DNA from: a virus
Taxonomy: Duplodnaviria > Caudoviricetes
Length of the DNA: 64,000 nucleotides
Virus record (IMG/VR): IMGVR_UViG_3300032116_000009
Direction: 5' to 3' (one strand)
Shown here: positions 6,570-13,234 of the stretch, in pieces
How positions within the stretch are numbered: position 1 is the stretch's first letter
Layout: each line of letters begins with the position of its first letter
Translations under genes and position numbers: made by a program
The notes under the pieces: model-generated
Databases searched by the model: none
The model's input: the letters and a program-made list of their open reading frames with translations, nothing else
What the model was told of the DNA's origin: nothing

Positions 6570-6652
6570 ATCATTTGAGAGGATTCGAACCCCCATTGCC
6601 GCCTCCAAAACGCAAGTGCTATGGCGGAGTGTTACCGTTACACTACAAATGA
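6570..6652 (-). ncRNA. tRNA-like element with 19-nt anticodon loop
   Basis: TCATTTG/CAAATGA acceptor, GTGT/ACAC D stem, CCGCC/GGCGG stem enclosing ATAGCACTTGCGTTTTGGA, TTCGAAT T-loop. Confidence 0.7.
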
Positions 6653-6868
6653 TGTCCTTACGTTGCTTACTCCTTTATTCTACTCATTGGATTTACTTGT
6701 TGGACCTAATCGTTGGAATACTAACTGTGTTCAACTTATTACCCTGTCTCGACTTTAACGAGACTGTGTTCTATAGCCTTTGCGTTTGATAGTAATAAGT
6801 ATACTGACAGGTTTCTTTTACCTTTCAGTTTTCCGTTCAACCCAACTTTTGAATAAAGTTTGGGCAAG

Positions 6869-6940
6869 TGGAACCGACAAGATTTGAACTTGTGACCGCT
6901 CGGTTATCAGCCGAGTGCTCTACCACTGAGCTACGGTTCC
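6869..6940 (-). tRNA. tRNA-Ile(GAU)
   Basis: CTCGG-CTGATAA-CCGAG anticodon arm. Confidence 0.95.
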
Positions 6941-6944
6941 AGAG

Positions 6945-7018
6945 AGGGAACAATCGGACTTGAACCGATAACACCATGATCTTCAATCATGTGCTCTACA
7001 AATTGGAGCTATGTTCCC
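6945..7018 (-). tRNA. tRNA-Phe(GAA)
   Basis: CATGA-TTGAAGA-TCATG anticodon arm; D-loop lacks GG, U73. Confidence 0.85.
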
Positions 7019-7021
7019 GAG

Positions 7022-7095
7022 TCGGAATGACAGGATTCGAACCTGCGACATCTCGCTCCCAAAGCGAGTGCTCTACCAAACTGAGCTACATTCCG
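7022..7095 (-). tRNA. tRNA-Pro(UGG), second copy
   Basis: CTCGC-TTTGGGA-GCGAG anticodon arm. Confidence 0.95.
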
Positions 7096-7170
7096 TGGTA
7101 GTCCTAACGGGATTTGAACCCGTGCTGCCACCTTGAAAGGGTGGTGACCTAACCGCTAGTCGATAGGACC
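7096..7170 (-). tRNA. tRNA-Glu(UUC)
   Basis: CCACC-CTTTCAA-GGTGG anticodon arm, encoded CCA. Confidence 0.95.
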
Positions 7171-7202
7171 AAAAAATGGAGATTCGTACTGATGATCTCC
7201 AA

Positions 7203-7276
7203 CGACCCATACGGGATTTGAACCCGTGTTCTCCACCGTGACAGGGTGGCGTGATAGACCGCTACACTAATGGGTC
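7203..7276 (-). tRNA. tRNA-Asp(GUC)
   Basis: CCACC-CTGTCAC-GGTGG anticodon arm, G73. Confidence 0.95.
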
Positions 7277-7280
7277 AAGG

Positions 7281-7353
7281 TGGAATCTAGGGGACTTGAA
7301 CCCCTAACCTCTTGCTTGCAAAGCAAATGCTCTACCAATTGAGCTAAGACCCC
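7281..7353 (-). tRNA. tRNA-Ala(UGC)
   Basis: G3-U70 pair, TTTGCAA loop. Confidence 0.95.
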
Positions 7354-7357
7354 AAGG

Positions 7358-7439
7358 TGGGAGGAGCAGGATTCGAACCTGCGAAGGCAGAGCCGCCTGA
7401 TTTACAGTCAGGTTCCTTTAGCCACTCGGAAATCCTCCC
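7358..7439 (-). tRNA. tRNA-Tyr(GUA)
   Basis: CCTGA-CTGTAAA-TCAGG anticodon arm, long variable arm. Confidence 0.95.
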
Positions 7440-7442
7440 ATA

Positions 7443-7514
7443 TGGATCTGGTGGGACTCGAACCCACAACTTCCAGGTTAAAAGCCCGTTACTCTACCAT
7501 TGAGTTACAGATCC
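7443..7514 (-). tRNA. tRNA-Lys(UUU)
   Basis: GGATCTG/CAGATCC acceptor, CTTTTAA loop. Confidence 0.93.
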
Positions 7515-7577
7515 AAATAATATAGAATAAATATTCAGTTGTCGATGTTCGGTGTGGTCTCTCTCGACCACTTGATT

Positions 7578-7635
7578 AGAATACCACCGTTTGGTCTCTG
7601 GGGAGGGACTGGTGGACACTTAGGAAACCGTCACA
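7578..7635 (-). promoter_or_regulatory. Palindrome-associated promoter heading the main tRNA array
   Basis: TGTGACGGTTTCCTAAGTGTCCAC, then 28 nt, then TATTCT; the same architecture occurs at 54232..54291 and 60850..60908. Confidence 0.6.
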
Positions 7636-7641
7636 GGCAAC

Positions 7642-7679
7642 AAAAAAGGGGGAGGAAACTTTTTGGTTTCTCTCCCCTT
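7642..7679 (-). terminator. Rho-independent terminator
   Basis: GGGGAGAGAAAC/GTTTCCTCCCC hairpin followed by TTTTTT. Confidence 0.8.
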
Positions 7680-7702
7680 CTTTTGCTTTTATGGATTACA
7701 TC

Positions 7703-7804
7703 TTACATATGTCTTTCCATATCCGCAAACAGGGGAGCACCCTCAATATGCCATGCGCGGCAATCGAGATTAATAAACTGTTTGGTGGGCATTGGATAAG
7801 ACAT
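7703..7804 (-). CDS. 33-aa microprotein MSYPMPTKQFINLDCRAWHIEGAPLFADMERHM
   Basis: Hand-translated; own promoter (TATAAATA at 7825..7832, TTGACT-17-TATAAA) and own terminator. Confidence 0.6.
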   Translation of the reverse strand: MSYPMPTKQFINLDCRAWHIEGAPLFADMERHM

Positions 7805-7856
7805 TGTTTCGACCTAAGTAGTTTTATTTATAAGACTTTTTTCTTAAAAAGTCAAA

Positions 7857-7930
7857 CGTCTCAGGAGGGACTCGAACCCCCGACCAACTGCTTAGAAGGC
7901 AGATGCTCTATCCAACTGAGCTACTGAGAC
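7857..7930 (-). tRNA. tRNA-Arg(UCU)
   Basis: CTTCTAA loop, GTCTCAG/CTGAGAC acceptor; TTGACA-17-TATAAT promoter at 7948..7976. Confidence 0.95.
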
Positions 7931-8000
7931 ATGTTTAGTATGTAGTTATTATAGTGGGGGAGAAGTTTTTTGTCAACCCCTCCCTACCTATTCTATTGTA

Positions 8001-8666
8001 TCAAACTTCTACCGTGATCAGTCGGTTGGCATAATCATGTGCATATGATGTACGAGCACCATGATGCCCCCAACCAATCCAACTATACGCATAGTCCATG
8101 TAACGATTGATAGACTTACCGGGAGTTTTCATCCTGTCCTCAATACGTTGCCATTGAACCTCAGTCGTTAGATAACGAAGTTGCGTATGAAGTGATGATG
8201 GCGAACCACCATACCTCTTAGCAAAATCACCCAATCCATAATATCTATTGGCAGATGTCCATTGGATCAGTCCATAACCGCGGCCGCAGTTATGCCAACT
8301 GGTCCTACTACCACCTTCGCAAATGTTAGGAATAAAAGTTGATTCCTGACGAATATTACCCATGATGGTAGCAAGGGCGTTTCTGTCTTTAATACCACGA
8401 TCTTGGAAATACTCCAAGGTAGCATTCTCATATTCATTACACCCTTTACAAATTAGCCTTTTCTCTTTTGGCTTTGGTAGTGCAACCTCGCGGATTGCTG
8501 TCTTCTGATCATTAACAAGATCAAATTCCTTAATAACGGAAAAGGGGACTTTTTCCTCAACTGGAGGTGGAGGCCCTTGCATCTTGTAATTCTGGAATGG
8601 CAGTGTTGCCGTATTGGTTGTAACCATCGCTACGAGAGGAACGGCTACAGTAAAGAAGTTTAGCAT
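8001..8666 (-). CDS. Phage tail-lysozyme-like (Phage_lysozyme2) cell-wall hydrolase with signal peptide
   Basis: ALATIMGNIRQES...GYGLIQWT...TQLRY; probable start MLNFFTVAVP. Confidence 0.75.
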   Translation of the reverse strand: MLNFFTVAVPLVAMVTTNTATLPFQNYKMQGPPPPVEEKVPFSVIKEFDLVNDQKTAIREVALPKPKEKRLICKGCNEYENATLEYFQDRGIKDRNALATIMGNIRQESTFIPNICEGGSRTSWHNCGRGYGLIQWTSANRYYGLGDFAKRYGGSPSSLHTQLRYLTTEVQWQRIEDRMKTPGKSINRYMDYAYSWIGWGHHGARTSYAHDYANRLITVEV

Positions 8667-8826
8667 TAAAATTAATTGAACTCTACATCCGTATAGAAAG
8701 GGGGTACACCCTTTTCTCAAAGGGCACTTTCCACGGCTCTAATTTTCACTCACTTTCTCATTACAAGAAAACCCACATAAGTGGGCTTTTATCATCATAA
8801 GTGATTATTTAGTTTTTAGCAACTAG

Positions 8827-8973
8827 TCATTGATCAGAAATCAAAATACTTTCTCGAAACTCCTCATAAACCGCACATGCATTGAGATAGTCACCCATAT
8901 CTGCAAGGTAATGGATTCGGTCAATGATACTATCTTTTAGATCTTCAACACTATCAATCAGTTGGTTTTCCAT
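8827..8973 (-). CDS. Hypothetical protein (probable start MENQLID)
   Basis: ORF track; overlaps the upstream gene. Confidence 0.55.
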   Translation of the reverse strand: MENQLIDSVEDLKDSIIDRIHYLADMGDYLNACAVYEEFRESILISDQ

Positions 8974-9391
8974 GAAAGTAATCCTTCCTGTAGTAACGAC
9001 CAAGTACATTGCTATTGTAGTATCGGGGTTCTCCCGTGTCAAGGGCCTCTGTCAAGACATTATTTATGAATAACTGTCTGGTTTCTTCGTAGTTACACTG
9101 TCCTTTTGTTTTGTGGAGACTAAGGATTGTTCTAGTAAATCTTTCCTTCCCCCAAAGGTCAACTTCGACTTTGAGCTCAGGACAGGAGCCGTAATAGCGT
9201 TTCCAATCGGACTCTGACTTAACTTTTCTAGATTTTCCTCTCGGTGTGCGGAAGCTCCAGAAATACTTTCTACCAATATAGTCACGATTAGTTGGATTGC
9301 AATGTATAAGATATACAAAACCAAAATTATCTTGAATATGATCAGACTCAAAAATTTCTCCATTGTAGAGCCAAGGATTTTCATAGCTCAT
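8954..9391 (-). CDS. GIY-YIG-superfamily nuclease-like protein
   Basis: FGFVYLI...RDYIGRK...YYGS...NYEE...YYN motif order. Confidence 0.7.
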   Translation of the reverse strand: MSYENPWLYNGEIFESDHIQDNFGFVYLIHCNPTNRDYIGRKYFWSFRTPRGKSRKVKSESDWKRYYGSCPELKVEVDLWGKERFTRTILSLHKTKGQCNYEETRQLFINNVLTEALDTGEPRYYNSNVLGRYYRKDYFHGKPTD

Positions 9392-9456
9392 AAAGCTCTA
9401 GAATTCACTGAGCCTTATTTATCCTTTGAACCCGGACAGAGTTATTTTATTGCAAA

Positions 9457-10212
9457 TCATGGGGCTGTGTCAAGTATCTTTTGTTTATCAATGAAATTGA
9501 TCAGTTTTTTAGCCCAAAACTCATGAAAAGATTCTGGATAGTGCATAGCCCATCTTGGATCATTCTGAACATGATTCCAATCAGGATGAAGACTGGCAAC
9601 ACCCCAGAAAGAATAATGACGATATATTTCGTATGTATCAGATTTTTTATAAATTAATCTTTTGTCTAGATGGTGACCAAAAAAGTTTTTCTTACTTATT
9701 AAGTTCCAGTTTCCTTCATACCAATGCGTGCTTGTATGGAAAACATATGGTATACTGTACTGATCACATATCGTTTGTATTATAAAAATCTGAGATAAAG
9801 ATTTATAATTTAAAAATTCATCCGTGTTTGTCTTTAAATAATTCTCATAAGGTTGAATAAAGTCCGGATCAACTAATAATTCTTTTTTAGTTCCCTCATT
9901 TTGCAATAAAAGAGTGGATGTACAGTGATTCATCTTCCCTGGTAACTTAATATAAGTTCTAGAGGGATCGCAGAAATTACAAAGAACAAATACCTTTTGA
10001 TTTTTTATTAAAGCATGTTGAATTCTGATCATAAATTGTCTAATCATCCAATCATTACTACCACCACTAGCAGCAAAGTTTTCACAATCAAAACCATAAT
10101 GCCTAGCAATATGTGCAGGATAAGCCTTATCGTGGCATGATCCTGAATATTGTCTGTCTATTTCTGCACCAGCAGTATGACTATCCCCAAAAGCTAGTAG
10201 TATTCTTTTCAT
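9457..10212 (-). CDS. SGNH/GDSL-hydrolase-like protein
   Basis: LLAFGDSHTAG block I, ENFAASGGSND block II, C-terminal HYP. Confidence 0.7.
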   Translation of the reverse strand: MKRILLAFGDSHTAGAEIDRQYSGSCHDKAYPAHIARHYGFDCENFAASGGSNDWMIRQFMIRIQHALIKNQKVFVLCNFCDPSRTYIKLPGKMNHCTSTLLLQNEGTKKELLVDPDFIQPYENYLKTNTDEFLNYKSLSQIFIIQTICDQYSIPYVFHTSTHWYEGNWNLISKKNFFGHHLDKRLIYKKSDTYEIYRHYSFWGVASLHPDWNHVQNDPRWAMHYPESFHEFWAKKLINFIDKQKILDTAP

Positions 10213-11678
10213 GTCCAGATTTTTATTTTATGTAATTGTTCCCACTGATTAACTTGAAATTGATCGTTAATAATAGGTTCTCCTTTTATATTTAAACTAG
10301 TATTCAATAACATAGGACATCCAGTTTTTTCATACCATAGTTCTAAAAGTTTTCTGAATTCTGGGTTATCCTTTTTTGATAATGTCTGAACCCTACTCGT
10401 ATTATCTATATGAACTATCGCTGGATATAAATCTGGCCTTCTACACTTCACTGTAAACTGCATGTATGGAGTCTTACTTGTAGGCATTTCAAAGTATTCA
10501 TTAGCCATCTCTTCCAGAATTACGGGAGCAAATGGTCTGAATAGTTCTCTTTTTTTAACTGAATTAACTAGATCTTTAATATGATCTCCTCTTGGGTCTG
10601 CAATTAGACTTCTATTACCTAAAGATCTAGGACCAAATTCTGCACGTCCTCTAGCAATACCACATATTTTGTTTTCTATAAGATAATCGACAATTTCATC
10701 ATTGGATGATTGATAACCAAGATCAAATCCCAGGTAAGGTCCAGGCCATTCAATGTGTCTTTGAGTATGAGATAGTACAGATCCGATTGAACTACCATCA
10801 TCTCCAGGTGCAGGCATAATCCAAACATCATCAAAATACTTATAACAAATCGAATTTGCGACACAGTTCAATGCACACCCACCCATTAACACTAAGTTTT
10901 TACTCTTAGTTAGTGATAATGACTTCACTAAAACTCTTTCAAATAAAAATTCATATACTTTTTGAGTTGCTGCGGCAATATCAAAAAGATCTTTTTGAGA
11001 ACAAAGATCTGATCTCCAAGATTTGCATCCTCGATGGAGATTGTATTTAATTTTGAATGGATGTTTCTCTGATAGTTCAATGAAGTCGTTGAGTATCTCT
11101 GAGAAGAGTCTAGATGGATCTCCAAAGGCGGACATTCCCATAAGAATGTATTCCTCTTCATTTGGTTTCAAACCACACCTCTGAGTCATTGCAGAGTACC
11201 ATAAACCCAAACTGGATGGATATGAGTGGGAATATATTTTAGTAAGTTTATCTTGTTCGCCTTTCCATATTGTAAAAGTTTCAAACTCACCTATTGCATC
11301 TAAAACTATTATGACGGCGTTATCAAAAGAACTCGTATAGTATCCAGAAGATGCGTGACTACGATGATGACTTGTATATTTTATTGGAACTCTCAGTGAA
11401 GTCTTATCGAAAATATACTTGGATATATTATTTTCATTTACAGTAAATCCTTGTCCAGAAAATAACTGTCTAAGTGTTTTTAGTTTTGGATTCTCATACC
11501 AGTAAATTTCATCAGGATTTCCGAAAGAAAACGCATGGTCAATCAAATCCTCATTGATATGAGAATCGTTTTTAATCTTACTAAATCTTTCACTAGAACT
11601 TGCAAAGATCAAACTGTCATCATCAAAAATACTTAAGGCAGCATTATGACTGTTTGATGATATCCCCCACTTAATCAC
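10209..11678 (-). CDS. Carbamoyltransferase (NodU/CmcH family)
   Basis: HNAAL...SSERFSK, HHRSHA, VLDAIGE, GGCALN, GRAEFGPRSLGNRS, FRPFAP, LLNTSLN. Confidence 0.95.
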   Translation of the reverse strand: MIKWGISSNSHNAALSIFDDDSLIFASSSERFSKIKNDSHINEDLIDHAFSFGNPDEIYWYENPKLKTLRQLFSGQGFTVNENNISKYIFDKTSLRVPIKYTSHHRSHASSGYYTSSFDNAVIIVLDAIGEFETFTIWKGEQDKLTKIYSHSYPSSLGLWYSAMTQRCGLKPNEEEYILMGMSAFGDPSRLFSEILNDFIELSEKHPFKIKYNLHRGCKSWRSDLCSQKDLFDIAAATQKVYEFLFERVLVKSLSLTKSKNLVLMGGCALNCVANSICYKYFDDVWIMPAPGDDGSSIGSVLSHTQRHIEWPGPYLGFDLGYQSSNDEIVDYLIENKICGIARGRAEFGPRSLGNRSLIADPRGDHIKDLVNSVKKRELFRPFAPVILEEMANEYFEMPTSKTPYMQFTVKCRRPDLYPAIVHIDNTSRVQTLSKKDNPEFRKLLELWYEKTGCPMLLNTSLNIKGEPIINDQFQVNQWEQLHKIKIWT

Positions 11679-11779
11679 TTGTAAATAAACGGATCACGTT
11701 TTTGTAAAGCCTTTAATCTTTTTTTAAAGTCTCTTTCTTTTTTCCAATTGGAAACGAAATTCCAAAGTTTTTTAATCAT
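11675..11779 (-). CDS. 34-aa basic microprotein ending RDPFIYK
   Basis: Hand-translated; GTGA overlap with the carbamoyltransferase start; CTAAATA late promoter at 11806..11812. Confidence 0.65.
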   Translation of the reverse strand: MIKKLWNFVSNWKKERDFKKRLKALQKRDPFIYK

Positions 11780-11816
11780 TAGAAGATCTTTATATCACTA
11801 AAATTTATTTAGATAC

Positions 11817-11844
11817 AAAAAAAGAGCCCGTTTGACGGACTCTT
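11817..11844 (-). terminator. Rho-independent terminator
   Basis: GAGTCCGT-CAA-ACGGGCTC followed by T7. Confidence 0.8.
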
Positions 11845-11869
11845 GAATTATTTTAAATTATATATTTAC

Positions 11870-12691
11870 TTAAGATGCTTCATCCAATTCAATTCCATAA
11901 GACTCTAGAATTGAGTTTTTCCACTCTTCACTCATGTTGACCATAATAACCATTGCACCCTCTTCTGAGTCCGCATAACCTTCATCTAGAAGGTGTCCTT
12001 TGACTAGATCGAAGATATCTACTCCCGCAGAGATATTCTTTAATGAGGCCATTTGAGCCATTTTTTTAATATTACCTTTAACCTGATCTGGTGCATATCC
12101 GGTTTGATATCCAAAAGTTTTTTGCATCAGTGGATTAAAAGTTTTCTTTGGAGCTTCTGCGGGTTTTGGTGCAGGAGCCGCAGCGGGTTTTGGTGCAGCG
12201 GGTTTTGGTGCAGCGGGTTTTGGTGCGGGAGCGGCAGCAGGTTTTGTTGCAGCGGGTTTTGGTGCGGGAGCGGCAGCAGGTTTTGGTGCAGGAGCCGCAG
12301 CAGGTTTTGCAGACGGTGTGGGAGTTTCTTGTCCAGGTCTTTTAAAAATAGGAGACATTCCAGGATTAACTGGTTTATTATTGACTCTAAACCCACCTTG
12401 ACCAATTGAAAGACCTTTCATCTGTGGTTGTGGTTTTGCGGTAGAAGATGTAGTGGGTTTTGAAGCACTAGGAGATCCACCACTTCCAAACCTCTGTTGT
12501 CTTAGAGCATCAATTCTAGCAGCAGATTTTCTTTCTTGAGCAGCCTGTGCTCTGACCCTGTTTACTGCGGCTTGTCCACCAAAATTTACACCAATCTCGT
12601 GCAAATCTTCTGTTTGTTCATTGAGAACTTCGGGAGTCTCATGAATTTTTGAATAGGCCTCCATGAGACCCCTGATTTCTTCTGCTCTCAT
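11870..12691 (-). CDS. Putative internal virion protein with KPAAAPAP repeats
   Basis: Acidic N-terminus (LMEAY...LHE), Pro/Ala/Lys repeat core, C-terminal HLLDEGYA...NMSEEW domain shared with 57280..58566. Confidence 0.7.
   Translation of the reverse strand: MRAEEIRGLMEAYSKIHETPEVLNEQTEDLHEIGVNFGGQAAVNRVRAQAAQERKSAARIDALRQQRFGSGGSPSASKPTTSSTAKPQPQMKGLSIGQGGFRVNNKPVNPGMSPIFKRPGQETPTPSAKPAAAPAPKPAAAPAPKPAATKPAAAPAPKPAAPKPAAPKPAAAPAPKPAEAPKKTFNPLMQKTFGYQTGYAPDQVKGNIKKMAQMASLKNISAGVDIFDLVKGHLLDEGYADSEEGAMVIMVNMSEEWKNSILESYGIELDEAS
12145..12310 (-). repeat. Tandem repeats encoding KPAAAPAP/KPAAP
   Basis: Recurring gggttttggtgc(a/g)g units on the + strand. Confidence 0.85.
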
Positions 12692-12724
12692 CTTTCTAGA
12701 ATAAAAGTACTTTTATAATGTTAT

Positions 12725-13174
12725 TTATTTATCTTCAGACCTTAGAGGACAATCAATCTCATCAAAAACTGGAGAACACATTCTCATAGGCGGTGCAAGT
12801 TTTTTACAGTCTTCGGTGTAACATAAAGTCTCATCATTTTTTTCTTCAATGTATCGTGGTTGATATTTTTTATCCGACTCATCAATAATACGATCATATT
12901 CTTTTGTTACATCTCGTATAGCTTTATCAACATCTCTACCAACTCTGCGATTTACTTTGTCTGGATCTTGTAGTATAATCTCATTAAGAATACCTTGTGG
13001 CATATACTTTCTTTGAATCTCATCCAATAAATCCCAAAGTCCATTTTCAGATACTCCAGTACATTGAGATAATGTTGCGATTATTGTTGATACAACAACT
13101 CCTACAATTATAAGTTGTTTTTTATCTGGTTTCTTCTTACCGAAATGAAAATTGAATTGCATATCTATTATCAA
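12725..13174 (-). CDS. Membrane-anchored or secreted hypothetical protein
   Basis: Basic N-terminus, hydrophobic stretch, then LSQC; Cys-rich C-terminus. Confidence 0.7.
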   Translation of the reverse strand: MIIDMQFNFHFGKKKPDKKQLIIVGVVVSTIIATLSQCTGVSENGLWDLLDEIQRKYMPQGILNEIILQDPDKVNRRVGRDVDKAIRDVTKEYDRIIDESDKKYQPRYIEEKNDETLCYTEDCKKLAPPMRMCSPVFDEIDCPLRSEDK

Positions 13175-13234
13175 TTCTACTACTAGTTATAAGCATCAAT
13201 AAATATAAAAATAGGGAAATACTGAGGAAAATCA

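Noticed and set aside
995-7930. Suppressor or selenocysteine tRNA, or stop-codon recoding
   Set aside because: No CUA, UUA or UCA anticodon was found, and core genes are full length in the standard code.
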